DNA of 64,000 bases from Antedon mediterranea (lineage: Eukaryota > Animalia > Echinodermata): the NCBI RefSeq assembly GCF_964355755.1, contig NC_092678.1, forward strand, positions 4,542,422 to 4,606,421, in the 5' to 3' direction. Position 1 is the first letter of the stretch. Every line of letters starts with the position of its first letter. The notes under the pieces were generated by a model. The model worked only from the letters and a program-made list of their open reading frames with translations. It did not search any database and was not told the DNA's origin. The translations under genes were made by a program, and so were the position numbers. Shown one piece after another: positions 37,933-51,611 of this stretch.

Positions 37933-38913
37933 CAAATTGATACCGTAGAAGATGATGAAAAACCAACAGACAGCAGCCCAATGTCTATGAATATAATAAT
38001 GCAAGAACGTACACACAACTAACTAATAATTTGACCAATCACAAGCTACAATTTGCATTCTTTGTGGCTGTGTTCCACCCTCCTGTTTTTCCCCTGTGCT
38101 TTTTTTTTTTTTTTGGTAATCATGTGCAATTTGACCGTGAGGCCACGAGGTATGTTTGCTATATGATATCTTTATATTGTTTTTTAATAAAAATCAAAAT
38201 TACCCACCTAAAAATTGAATTATCCGAATTATTTGCTTGTTACGTAAATTGAAAATAAATACAAAAAAGTTATAAAACACTTTGTAGGAAAAACTGCTGA
38301 GGGGGTAATTTCAAATTTTAATAAGTACCCCCTCTATAGTCTAGAGAGATAATTAAAAAACAGTAGAGAATTAGAAAACCAAAAAGTGGACACATTTTAC
38401 GCACGGTCAATCATCAAAAGTGAGTGTTTTGAATCAGAGATGAGGAATAATAACATGAAACTTGGAAAATAATATATATTTGTTGGAATTAAAAATAGAA
38501 TTGTGAAGGTAAGGTCTACCAAAAATAGGGGTGCTTGTCAGTACTTTTAGTCTTAATAGAGTAGGCCTACTAGGCTAGGCCTAGCCTACCTACCTAGGCC
38601 TACAGACAGGTTTTTCATTAAAAACAAGAGGCCTGGGCCCTAGAGGCCCTAGCGTACTACTACAGGAAGGAAGGCCTACCCTGGGTAGTACTAGGCCCAG
38701 GGCTTGATAGGCATATGTAGTAGTAGATGGTGTAGGTAGGGCACCCCTCTCTGTAGCCTGAGAAAGATGACTTATATTTGTTGACAATTAGTAATGAATA
38801 GGCCCACTAATTAATTATTGATTCTTCTGAGCATCACCACCATCCTATGTTAAGTGTACCCAGTTTTTAAACATTTACTGTATTTTAATAAAGTAAAAAT
38901 TAACAAATAGGCC

Positions 38914-41338
38914 GGGTGTGTCGAAAGCAAAGACCTCGAAAGCGAAGATCGAAGACCGAAGACCTCGAAAGCGAAGACCCTACGAAATGGTAGTGTGCAC
39001 AAAATCCGACCAAAATCATACAAAATCGTGATAACACCTTGAATTTACAGATCCTGAAAAAATATTTCAATTTTAATCGTTATATTATAAAAAATCATGA
39101 CTTTATCTATGAACAAGCTCACATGTTTTCGCCAATGGAGTTAATATGTGATATAGTTTTACGAACAAACACATCGCGCTATTTGCAAGGCGACGGACGC
39201 ACAAGAAGGACCTCGCACATGAAATGTCACTTGTTCCGATAACAATTTAAAATCATAGCCAATTGTTTATGAGTATAGAAATAAACTACAGTAAGAAATT
39301 GTAAGAAATAAAGGATGGCGGTAGGCCCGGTATTTAGGTTTATTTTAGAGCCTATAGGCCTATAAAAAGTGTCCGTATCATAGATTTTACACTGCTTTTA
39401 AATGTTAGGTACAGAGATCTTTTTTGCATTTAAATATGTTGCTATGTGTTTTTTATCTATAATATTTGCCTATTGTTTATTATCTAAATGTATGAATAAA
39501 TACAATAAGATATTCATTTTCCCTGTATTGTATTTGAACTTTTACATTTTCCCATTGTAACTATTGCTATTTTACTTAATCGCCAGTTTCAAAATGTTTT
39601 CTAATGTATTCATAATAGACAAATAATAGGGCCTATACCGGTATCAGAATATTTAGTGTGGTTGGAGAAGCGACAGATGATGTAAAGAAAAATGTAAATT
39701 TTTTTTGGTTAATGAAATATTTATTTTCCTTTTAAGGAAAATAAATATTTCATTAACCAACGTATGAACCACTAAACAAAAAAAGTTCTGCCGCAACGTA
39801 TCGTTGGCGCGCGCAACAGAAAATCTATCTATCTATCTTCTTTTTTTTTTCTTTTTTTTTTTAAATTTTATTTTCTATATTTCATAAAACAGTATACATT
39901 ACATAACTTGGTTACATTACAAAGTAATACAAAATAATAATAAAGTAACCTTTTCAAGTTACAAAACATATATGGCTATTTTTATACATAAATATCAATA
40001 GTCTAGCTATTTTTAAAAACAATGTACTTTTCAATTTCTTTATACCTCTCATATACCGATTTAAAGTGATTTATATGAGGTTTTTGTTCGTTAACTTTAC
40101 AGATGATATGTCGCAGGAAACGACCGATTTATAACCAAAATTTGCAGAACGCTGATGCCTATATCGTTCGTTCTTTTTACTTCTTGTCAAATCATAATTT
40201 GAATATATTCTGCCAAATTTGGCCCGGGAAATATCTTAAGAGCTGGAATTAGTTTCCAGATCGACGCAAAGTGCGCCTTAAGAACAAACTTGCGTGTCAT
40301 CATAAGTGGGAACCGACTGCTTTACGTTCATCATGATTCTCGATCGTAAGAGGGGATGCAAAAATAGATAGAAGAGTATTTTCTTATGTTGCGCGCGCGT
40401 CAATACGATACGTTGCGGTAGGATGTTTTCGTTTAGTAGTTCATACGTTGGTTAATGAAATATTTATTTTACATTTTTCTTCTTTACATAGTACTGTCGC
40501 TTCGCCAACCACACTAACCGATACTGATAATATTATTTGTCCATTATGAATACATTAGAAAAACATTTTTAAACTGGCGAATAATTAAATCAGTAATACT
40601 GTAGTATTGGCTACAATGGGGAAAATGTACAAGTTTAAAATACTATACAGAATAACTAAAGGAAAATAAATATCTTATTGTATTTATTCATACATTTAGA
40701 CAATAGGCAAATATTATAGATAATAAACATACATCAATATATATAATATTTAAATGCAAAAAAAAGGATCTCTAAGTTGTATTCACGCGTACGTATAACA
40801 TTTTTAAAAACAAGTGTAAAATCTATGATACGGACACTTTTTATAGGCCTATAGGCTCTAAAATTTGGCTAAATAAGCATATGGCCATCCTTTAATTCTT
40901 ACAATTACATACTTTAATTTATTTACTTTACTGTAGTTTATTTCTATACTTTTCTATACAGTTGGCTATGGCTTTAAATTGTAGGCGACGTGTGCTACAA
41001 TACAAAGTTATCGGAAAAAGTGACATTTAATATTGCATTCAATTCGAGGTGCTTCTTGTGTATCCGTCGCCTTGCAAATAGCGCGATGTGTTTGTTCGTA
41101 AAACTATATCACATATTAACTCCATTGGCGAAAACACGTGAGCTTGTTCATAGATAAAGTCATGTTTTTTTGATAACATAACGATTAAAATCGAAATATT
41201 TTTTTAGAATCTGTAAATTCAAGGTGTTATCATCGATTTTGGTCGGATTTTGTGCACACTACCATTTCGTAGGGTCTTCGCTTTCGAGGTCTTCGGTCTT
41301 CGATCTTCGCTTTCGAGGTCTTCGCTTTCGACACACCC
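38914..41338. mobile_element. Non-autonomous foldback DNA transposon, about 0.9-kb TIRs, 10-bp TSD (MULE- or AcademH-like)
   Basis: CAAATAGGCC|GGGTGTGTCGAAAG...CTTTCGACACACCC|CAAATAGGCC; arms at about 38914-39830 and 40360-41338; terminal CGAAGACC subrepeats. Confidence 0.9.
39840..40075 (-). mobile_element. Possible 3' remnant of an L1/Tx1-like LINE nested in the foldback element
   Basis: On the minus strand it ends in AATAAA plus poly(A) and contains an EIEKYIVFKN peptide resembling a Tx1 ORF2 C-terminus. Confidence 0.4.
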
Positions 41339-43513
41339 CAAATAGGCCCCCAGTAGGCCTATTATAAATAAATATTTAATTCATCCATTTTAATATTCTG
41401 CCTAAAATTAAAATTGGACAAGATAAAGAAAAGAAGGACCAGCAGCAGGAGACAGAGTTTAGGATCAATCCCAGAGTTATATTATTTTAATTATTATTAT
41501 TATCTGCGTGTCTGATTCATCTGTACATTGCATTTTAATTCACGGAGGAAATCGCATTTAATGACAAAGATGATGGAGCATTAGGTGAGAGAAGATGATG
41601 AGGTTCTAGTGATCCATTCACTTCACACATTGCTGCTGTCATTGCTTCCAAGCGAACCTGTCACCTCAGGTTTTTATCTGTACTATTTTTGATATGAATT
41701 AGTACCCGTGGATCATTATATAGCACACAAGTTATTACAATTATAACTACAATGTATATTTTACCTTTTAATTTGGCAACCATTTTGAAAAAGGATACAA
41801 AATCAATCATTCTCCCCAAAAAATAATTTTAAAGTTTTACTGTACTTTACCTTTGAAATATAATGGCTATACATTTTTAAATAGTCAAGCCACAGATCAC
41901 ATTGGAGGAGATAGAAATTTGAATATAATAAATGGATTATTTGTTTTTATACAGTAGGAAATCATACTTTTCTCATTCGTTCCATTCGTTGTAAAAATAA
42001 CAATAATCTTTTCTATTTTGTTTTATTGCTACAAAGTTCTTTACAGTCCTTGATTATGGTCTAATGAATTTTCAACAGGTTCAATAGGAATGTACTCTCA
42101 AAATTGTAAAATGTCACATAATTTGTCAAAAAATCCCAAAATATTGATAAAAGGTGTCCCTTTGTGCCCTTTGTATACCTCCATGGTAGCTTGACTTCCG
42201 TAGGTGTTTTTTGTTTGAGGTGCAGTAAACCACAATATCTTTTCCAGACAGAACCCCATCAAGGTAAACAATGTATTTACAGTTGAGGTACTTGGGTATT
42301 TTTTCCTTAAATTTCACTTGTATTATATTGCAGGAAGAGAATTTTTATGAAAGAAAACTATTGCTTATTTGTTCTAAAGATGATTTTTTTTAAAGCTAAA
42401 TAAAAGAGCAATTCTTGTCGATCTCTGTTTTAAAAATTGAGCGTTTCATTACTACTGTACTATCATTTTAGTGCTTGATGGTGTATTGGTGCCATCTTTG
42501 TTTAAAGATATCGTTAATAGTAATAGATAATGACATCTGATCTCATTACCATATAGTTTTAATTAATGTTATACAATTACAAGTAGTCTGCAACCAATGG
42601 TATCATGATTCATTTTATATACTACCCATATATTTTCACATACCTGTACTGTAGTACTACTTAGTGTAATGTTGATCATCAGATTCCTTTAAAACATTTT
42701 CTGTGAACACAAAAGCTATATTAAACCCTGATATTTTCAGGTACTTTCAGCCTTGTAAAAGTGTATTAACCTTTCAAAGTTCATAATAAACTAAAATATC
42801 CGCATTTTATCTGCTGTATCACATGAGTGGTTTTCAACCATCCATTTTATATTCAACTAATAATCATTAAATCATGAAAAGAAATAATTCCTGCTTGTAC
42901 ATTAGCATGGAATAATTCCTGCTTGTACATTTAGGTAGTTTAGTGGTTAATTTTCATTTCAGCATACAGTGTTACACTGTGTATAAACCTTGAAATTTTG
43001 TCAAGCAAAAGCACACACTTTACCATTTTTTTGTGTAGATTTTAGTACAATTTACAATTTTGTTCTTGGAATTATAAATAAAGCATTCCAATTTTATTTA
43101 AAACATTTTATTTTACTATTTCATGTTTACACTACAGTATAATATTTATGATAAATATAAAAAAACCACCCTAAAATGATTTTATTTTAGAAAAATGCAT
43201 ATTTAATTACTTTGGTCTATATTGCAGTTTGCATTTAAATTTTGTTTAGAAAACTGAAATTTAATATGATTTAATAGTTAGAACTACAATTTGCTATGTG
43301 GTATCTGTGAGTCAGTCATCGTCAGCGTTCCACCATGTTGCTTTGTACAGTAGTATGCGGCCAGCTGCATTGTGTAATCAAATACGTTGTAAACCTGCTG
43401 TTATGTGATGCGTTGTGTCACACTCCTTCTAGAGCAACCATTGGTTTAAGGAGTTGAGGTATTGTTGCTGCCAATCATAAGGTTATCAGATCATTTATCA
43501 AAATGGTTTTCAT

Positions 43514-43701
43514 ATCAAAATTTAATCAAGAGTTTATCAAAATGTCATCAACAGTTTATCAAAATTTCATCAAGAGTTTATCAAAATTTCATCAAGAATT
43601 TCATGAGTTTATCAAAATTTCATCAAGAGTTTATCAAAATTTCAAGAGTTTATCAAAATGTCATCAAGAGTTTATCAAAATTTCATCAAGCTCTTTATCA
43701 A
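43514..43701. repeat. 22-bp minisatellite
   Basis: About 8 copies of CAAGAGTTTATCAAAATTTCAT. Confidence 0.9.
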
Positions 43702-44864
43702 TAACCAGCATTGTCTATTTTTCAATGGTCAATTCTTCAATTGGTCTTGTCGGTACTTTGATGTACAGTTTCAACATAAGGTCAGGTAAATATTAGGAGT
43801 TTATTTACTGTGAAATTTACAAGATAAATCCACTCAAGCAGAAAATACTGTGTTTACCTGTACTTATAAATAGTCAACAATTCATATTTTTAATTTGTTT
43901 TAAAATTAGGAAGTTTTGATCATCTTTTCCCAAATGATCTATAACATTAGCGTTACATACACACAAGTACAAATCATGGAGAAATTTTTGTCCATCTTTT
44001 GAATCATTCTAACATCAATGAATAAAAACCTAAATGACATCACTCTAATGGTATAGTATCTCCTGTATCTATATTTAATTGCTGACTCATCATCTTAAAA
44101 GATGTTTTAAAGTCTTTATTTATTACTGCTCTTGTCAAGTTGTGACAAATTGAGCTATCATGTTTATTTTCAACATCAACCATTTACTGTGACCTCGTTT
44201 GGCAGTGTTCATCATCAATTTTCAGATTGGGGAGTTAGTTTTCTTTTCTGTGTGCTGTTTTGTCCCTAATCCCATCTCTATCTTAACCAGAGTGTACAGT
44301 AACAGTTCTAACTTCTACTCTTGAGTACTGTTGTGCTGACAAATATCACAATAATTGGATGAGAGTACAAAATGGCAACCGGCAAATACTCAGAGATTCT
44401 TTTTCTATAAAATGTTGTTAAATTCCAGAAACAAAAGGGTATACCTCAATGACTTCTGTTGACACTACCACTAGTCATAGCATTGGAATGTAGGTTAAAG
44501 TACATACTGGTTACTCTGTACCTATGTTTAACAACAGCTTGCTTGTCTTTCATTTACAGTATCATATCATCTAGCAATTGAAACAATATTTTGTCAGAAA
44601 AGACTGAAACAATGTTTCAATTCTATCCAATTAAAATTCAAACTATTGTATATGAATCTGTCTGGCATTTTCTCATCTAAGTCCACCCAGCTTTCAATTT
44701 ACACCATCTACTGTATTAGAGCAGGAGCCCAGAGGGGTCAACCTAGCTGGAAAGTTAACCAATTTCTATGCATGTGGCAATTATCTACGTACATATCAAT
44801 GTATGGAAATGACAGTCTGGCGCGTTTCTTTTGGTGGGTGTGGCTAGGAGGGACATTGTAAAGG

Positions 44865-45930
44865 GTAAAAAAAATGAGCTAGATCAGCTGAAAAGTTAAC
44901 CCCATGAAATATTTTGCAAATAGTTTGACATAGAGTGAAATATAAGGAATGGCCATTGCCAGACGATTTTAGTGGTGGGGGGTGCCTGCCAGACCCCTAT
45001 TTCTGGGGGGTCAAAAATGAGCTAGATCAGCTTAAAAGTTAACCCTTTGAAACTGGTGGGAAAATGTTCAATAAACTCATAATTATCATGAATGACCATT
45101 GCCAGACATTTTCAGTGGTGGATTGTGCCCGCCAGACCCCGTCAAACACCCAACCCCCCAAAAATTGAGCTAGATCAGCTGAAAAGTTAACCCCATGAAA
45201 TATTTTGCAAATTGTTTGACATAGAGTGAAATATAATGAATGAATATCGCCAGACGATTTTAGTGGTGGGGGGTGCCTGCCAGACCCCCATTTCTGGGGG
45301 ACCAAAAATGAGCTAGATCGGCTTAAAAGTTAACCCTCTGAAACTGGTGGGAAAATGTTCAATAAACTCATAACTATCATGAATGACCATTGCCAGACAT
45401 TTTCAGTGGTGGATTGTGCCCGCCAGACCCCGTCAAACACCCCACCCCCAAAAAATTGAGCTAGATCAGCTGAAAAGTTAACCCCGTGAAATATTTTGCA
45501 AATTGTTTGACATAGAGTGAAATATAATGAATGGACATTGCCAGACGATTTTAGTGGTGGGGGTGCCTGCCAGACCCCATTTCTGTAGGGCCAAAAATGA
45601 GCTAGATCAGCTTAAAAGTTAACCCTCTAAAACTGGTGGGAGAATGTTCAATGTACTCATAACTATTATGAATGACCATTGCCAGACATTTTCAGTGGTG
45701 TATTGTGCCCGCCAGACCCCGTCAAACACCCCCACTCCCAAAAATGAGCTAGATCAGCTGAAAAGCTAACCTTTTAAAACATGCTGTAAAATGTTCAGCA
45801 TGATCCCTAGTATAATAAATGACCATTTAAAGTGGTGGGTTGTGTCCGCCAGACACCCATTAAACACCCATTAAACACCCACCCACCCCTCCCCCCCCCC
45901 CCCCCCCCCAAAAAATGAACTAGATCAACT
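44865..45930. repeat. Tandem array of about 150-bp subunits (about 300-bp dimers) in the left TIR; mirrored at about 48230-49050
   Basis: AAAATGAGCTAGATCAGCT(G/T)AAAAGTTAACCC recurs every about 140-155 bp with alternating A/B spacers. Confidence 0.9.
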
Positions 45931-46119
45931 CAAAACCTAAACTTATAAAACAAAATATATGGAGCAATTAAGTACACTAAAAAACAGCATGAATGACTAA
46001 AATGAGAACTACATCAAATATCAAACACCCGACATTTTAGCATATGATACTTTATATAGTACCTTATTCTATCTACAGTAGTTTTCATTAGTTACAACAA
46101 AAAACAGTCTTATTTAATA

Positions 46120-47945
46120 AGCTATGACTTTAGTCTTGGCCAGTTTCCTTGGCAATAGCCATAGTCTGGATCATTTTCTCTCTCTAACCACATCATTGTT
46201 TGTTGGGGATTTTGATATAGGATCCATGTAGCAAATGCACTGAACTGGTAAATGATTATTGATATACTTGCTCATGAATCCGGCATGTAGGGGTGTATCT
46301 CCATCATTCAGTTTCCAACCCAATACATATCCAATGCCTTCAGTGGTATTTGGTATTCCATTGGTTTGTCAGTGATTGTACTACATTCTCTAACATTTGT
46401 AGTTGATGTGGCATTGGAACTTATAAACAAAGCTTTATTTATACCTATCCTAAAAGGTGGTATTTCTCTTTCAACTCCAACAAATTTCCGCCTGTTTACC
46501 ATCCCGAAATTCAATAGTATTCCTATTGAGCAGTTGGTCGTCATGCAATATATTCTGATATGTATGTCCAACTGTAGCGTGTAGAGTTTCTTTACCATCA
46601 AGTGTTTCTACATTTGTATCATTATTCTCCCATACACATGCAGTTGCCAAGGTTGGGTCAAGCCGGATACCATCTGGGGCGTCGCGTTCATCATCTTGAA
46701 CTGAATAAGCAAACTCAGTCTCAAGGCCTTTGCTTTCACTACTAATACAATGTCAAAATTTGCATAGCCAGTTTTGATCCTGTCAGAGATGTAAAACATA
46801 AACCAACGACAGTGTGTTTCCATGGTTTCACAGTTCCACGAGATACATTATAGATGGCATCAGATGCAATGGAAATAACCTTTCTATCAAACTTGTCTTT
46901 GTCTGCATCATTGGCATTTTGGTCGATGCCACCAAGAAGACTCCTAAAGAATAATTCTAACTGTGATGGTATCTTGGCAGCACACTCTTTTAAGTTTTGA
47001 ACTGTAGCAGGTCTTTGTCTGTGGGAGCTGCATAATTATAGATCTAAGATGAAGAGCAGCCCATTTTATTTTATTATCCTGTACATATTGTTCAGAATTA
47101 TCATAAAGTCGAGCAGTGGCTTCTTCTCCTAGAAGAAGTGATCTATAAATGAAGTTACCTCTTCGTCTGTCTGCAGGTTTTACTTTGATTTCATCTTAAA
47201 ATTTTTATTGAATTTTCTTTGTAAGATTTTGGGACGAATATGAGTTGATATCAGTTTGATTTCCTCCATTATTGACAAATTCGATTTTGTAAAAGCTTAG
47301 CAAATCAGAGACAAGTATAGCTCGTTGTTTTCCCAATACTTAATAATAATTCAATATGTTTCAGTAGGGATGAAAATGCCCTTTTGTGACTTCCATAAGA
47401 TGTGTTACTTCAATAAGATGAATGCTCTTCTGTTGAACCATCATGTTTATCAGTTTCTAGAAGAACCGAACTCGGCAGATCAACGCCACACCGAATTAGA
47501 CTATTGATACGTTGGTTTTTTGAAAATTTTACCCGCTGGGAAAGTGACTTGCACCCAGAAACAGTTGCTATCTTAAGCCTTTTCTCTTCTTTCTCATTTT
47601 TTCGGCCTTTTCCACAAAATATGCAAGTTCCCTTTAACATGCCACACTCATCTGATTTCTGAAGGACACTACTTTGTTGTGTTTCACGGCAGTGTAATAC
47701 CTATGACATAAAGGGTGATAGCTGATTGAATTTTTAGGTTGTTTCATAAGAAAAACCTTGTTTGTTGTATCAGCATGTTTGTCAGACTTCATTTTCTTAC
47801 GTAGGCCTAATGCAGCAGCATTCTTTACAGTTGACCATATCATTTCACTGAACGCTCTTAACATACAATCGTTGTCCGCCGTTACCGTTTGGCAGATGTA
47901 GCACTTTGAAATATGATGTAGCCTACCACTCTCTATCATAATCAA
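46120..47945 (-). pseudogene. Frameshifted Academ-type transposase fragment
   Basis: Fragments CYICQ..AAA..YHPLCHRYYT, CIFCGK, RKVISIASDAIYNVSRG..KPWKH..LTGSK, VWENNDTNVETLDGKETLHATVG, CYMDPISKSPT; stops and frameshifts. The family assignment comes from recalled motifs, not from a search. Confidence 0.7.
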
Positions 47946-50900
47946 AATGCATTTAATAAAATAAGCCTTTGTTTTGAAATGTTGATGATAATCAACAACA
48001 TTATTCTCTAGGGAACCATTATAGAAGATAAGTCAGTTTCTAAATATGTCCTTTAACTGCATAAACCAATTGACTAATTGATTTACTTTTTTCCGCACCA
48101 CAAAAAGACAAAGAAGTCTTACCTACCTATTTTACACTATGTTGAACTTATACCATAGTGGCACATTTGTGAAGTAGGCCTAGGTAAGGGGTTGGATGGA
48201 TGGGGTGGTTCTATAATGAGCAAATAAAAATGTCTGGTAATGACAATTCATATCCTTGACAGTATACTACACATTTTCCCACCAGTTTTACAGTGGTTAA
48301 CCCTTGGCCTAATCTGGGTCATTTTTGGGGGTTGGGTGTTTGAGGGGGCCTGGTGGACACAACCCACCACTTAAAATGTCTGGCAATGGTCATTTATTAT
48401 ACTAGGGATCATGCTGAACATTCTACAGCATGTTTTAAAAGGTTAGCTTTTCAGCTGATCTAGCTCATTTTTGGGAGTGGGGGTGTTTGACGGGGTCTGG
48501 CGGGCACAATCCACCACTGAAAATGTCTGGCAATGGTCATTCATAATAGTTATGAGTACATTGAACATTTTCCCACCAGTTTTAGAGGGTTAACTTTTAA
48601 GCTGATCTAGTTCATTTTTGGCCCTCCAGAAATGGGGGTCTGGCAGGCACCCCCCACCACTAAAATCGTCTGGCAATGTCCATTCATTATATTTCACTGT
48701 ATGTCAAACAATTTGCAAAATATTTCATGGGGTTAACTTTTCAGCTGATCTAGCTCAATTTTTTGTGGGTGGGGTGTTTGACGGTGTCTGCCGGGCACAA
48801 TCCACCACTGAAAATGTCTGGCAATGGTCATTCATGATAGTTATGAGTTTATTGAACATTTTCCCACCAGTTTTAGAGGGTTAACTTTTAAGCTGATCTA
48901 GCTCATTTTTGGCCCTCCAGAAATGGGGGTCTGGCAGGCACCCCCCACCACTAAAATCGTCTGGCAATAGCCATTCCTTATATTTCACTCTATGTCAAAC
49001 AATTTGCAAAATATTTCATGAGGTTAACTTTTCAGCTGATCTAGCTCATTTTTTTTTACCCTTTACAGTGTCCCTCCTAGCCACACCCACCAAAAGAAAC
49101 GCGCCAGACTGTCATTTCCATAAATTGATATGTACGTAGATAATTGCCACATGCATAGAAATTGGTTAACTTTCCAGCTAGGTTGACCCCTCTGGGCTCC
49201 TGGTCTATATCTCCACTTTTATTTTATGAAAGGTTTTGACTAGATATTGAATTGTGAGGAGTTTGACTTGATTGAAAACTAGAGCATAAACAAAAATGAA
49301 TTACTGGAACCTAGCTGCTAGTCGGAAGTTCATTAACGTACTGTACAGTAATACGGATAATGCACTGAGTACACTAATTAACAGGACTGTCACTAAAGTG
49401 TTCTTATTTACAAACTAACACTCAGTGTGTGTCTTTTATCCTGTGTACCTGAAGTACACACACTACTTTCAAGTGTTGCAGTAGTATACAGTGTACAAGT
49501 TAGCAAAATATTGTCATAGCAATGGTTTACACCACTGACTGGACTGAGTGCTGATCGTCATAGCCTTGCTACAGTGTTTATTTCAATCAAGCTACAGTAA
49601 TTGTTTGCATATTTTATGAAGATCATTATGTGCAATATTCCCAAAGGAAATTGTAACAAGTTAATTTACCAGATATTGCAATAATTCAACTGTAATTTCC
49701 AGTGGCTTCTCACTCTACTTGTTTTGACGTTATAAATTATATTTTAGGATGGACTATTTATTGTTGAACCACAATTCTAAGGTAGTTCATTTAGATTTAG
49801 ACCTGAAACTCAAACAAACCATACTATTTTTTAGCAAAAGGTCTCAAATTCTTTTTTACAATTAAAAACACATCCAGAATTTCAGATGTTCCAGAAAACA
49901 GTCATCTAGTTTTGCCACATTGGGAGGGAATTTAATTATTCTGTTCGCTTTTTTTTCATTTTGTATTGAAATTATAATTTGGTATTTTCTATTACCTTGC
50001 AATTTAATGCATGATTTATGTTTTAGAATTCAAAGGTGATTTATAAATAAATTTAAGGCGAGAAGAAAAATTCAAATAACATTTTGCACAGAGCAGAAAT
50101 TCATTTCATGCCTTTCTGTGGACAATTGACAGGTTAAATTTCTAATGATTCAGTGATAGAGTTATTGTTCACTATCCATGCATGTAATAGATAATCCGTT
50201 ATAAATTAATACATTTAACACGGATATCATCAACAATACAGCCAACAATAACCTACTATAATAACCAGTATTCAACGTAAATATCCGTGAAATTCAAAGT
50301 GGTATTGTTTGATTTTCGCAAAAATAGGAAAGATGTGTCGGTGTTTAATTTGTCTAAATTTTAAACAATATTAATACATGTATAAATATAGTTGCATACA
50401 GTACTCTTTCCTCTCTATCTTTTGTATAATTTATTTTTAAGATGCATACCCTTCCCTCACTATCGTCCAGAAAACTGGAAAACTGCATGCAAACATATTT
50501 GTTTGAAAACATTTTGTCCACAGTAGCTATTGGCAGCACTATTGCTTTCAATTTGCATTTCTACCGTATTATTTTTACCCAAAGATTTAACTTTTTTATT
50601 CATTTCATACGTTCATCTTTTTATTTCGGAATACCATGATTACATAATTAATATATCCATCAAAAGAAAGAAGCTTACCGTACAGTAATCTAAGAAATCA
50701 CTGTACATATTTATACAAACAGAAAAGAGAGTTGAGGTTGTACAGGATGTGCAAAATGTGATCAAATAGAGATAACAGAGAATAGAGAACATAAAAATTG
50801 GAATTTTAAATTATGAGAAGAAGGTTTTTAAAGAATATGAATTATATTATTATCTGTACAGTATTTAAGTATTAAACTTGCTCCAAATAATTAGAGAGAA

Positions 50901-51611
50901 GTCATGATTCAACGTTTTGATCTTATTTGATCATCATCATCATCATCAGGAATGAATGATGTAATAGAAGTTGATGTTTTTAGAGGTTGGTTAATTATCT
51001 CAGTATTATCTAAGTGCTCTATTTGACTTTTATACTGTATTCCACTTCACTAATATGTATTAAAAAAGAGTTAATAGTGTTCCTGATAGTAAAATTGCCG
51101 AAAGATATTTGAATACGTGAAGATCTTATCTTGAAGACTCTTTTCCTGTAGTTTTGCTTGCGAGGGCGTGTAGTAGACAGTGAAGCATTCACAAATCGTT
51201 ATCATTTCAACTGGAAACTTGTGAATTTACATTTATTATTTTAGGAAATTAATCATATTCATGATGTACGATATCTCCAGATTAGATATTGTAAAAATTA
51301 AATGTGAAATTGTTGATGTGTTAATAAACATTGAGCACTGAAATGTTCAAAATATTATTTTAAACTTATAAATAGACACTTGGGATTAATTGTTATTTCC
51401 TTTTTTGAAATGGTTCGACTATCTATTGCCGCACCTACTGTAGCACAGTGCAATGGTTCGACTGTCTTTCGCCGCATCTACTAATGGTACACTTACAGTG
51501 CATTGACTTTCACTGTTTGATTATTGTTCGAAGAATAGAAACTTTGTTATTGGAAGCAAAATAATTATATATTTCTCGTCGATCAATCAGTTTTTCCCTC
51601 AGGCATTAAGA

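Larger units (their letters stand above)
29530..38290. repeat. Tandem segmental duplication (about 3-kb units) carrying the lectin genes
   Basis: Flanks recur, e.g. CGATTATGACCGTTGGGGGAGACAAATCTTCCGC at about 29538, 33523 and 35766; introns and UTRs are recognisably homologous. Confidence 0.92.
44717..49207 (-). mobile_element. Academ(X)-like DNA transposon, internally deleted
   Basis: TAT|TAGAGCAGGAGCCC...GGGCTCCTGGTCTA|TAT (TAG..CTA termini, 3-bp TSD); TIRs of about 1 kb; degenerate transposase-like coding sequence inside. Confidence 0.8.

Noticed and set aside
43462-43796. Repetitive ORFs, and a possible CRISPR-like array
   Set aside because: Contiguous 22-bp minisatellite without unique spacers; the ORFs are by-products.
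45039-49139. Similar short ORFs (QKWGSGRHPPPLKSSG) on opposite strands
   Set aside because: They are translations of the TIR tandem subunits, not genes.
44722-49202. hAT assignment of the large element based on CAGG ends
   Set aside because: The 8-bp flanks do not match; extending to TAG..CTA gives an exact 3-bp TSD, and the ORF motifs are not hAT-like.
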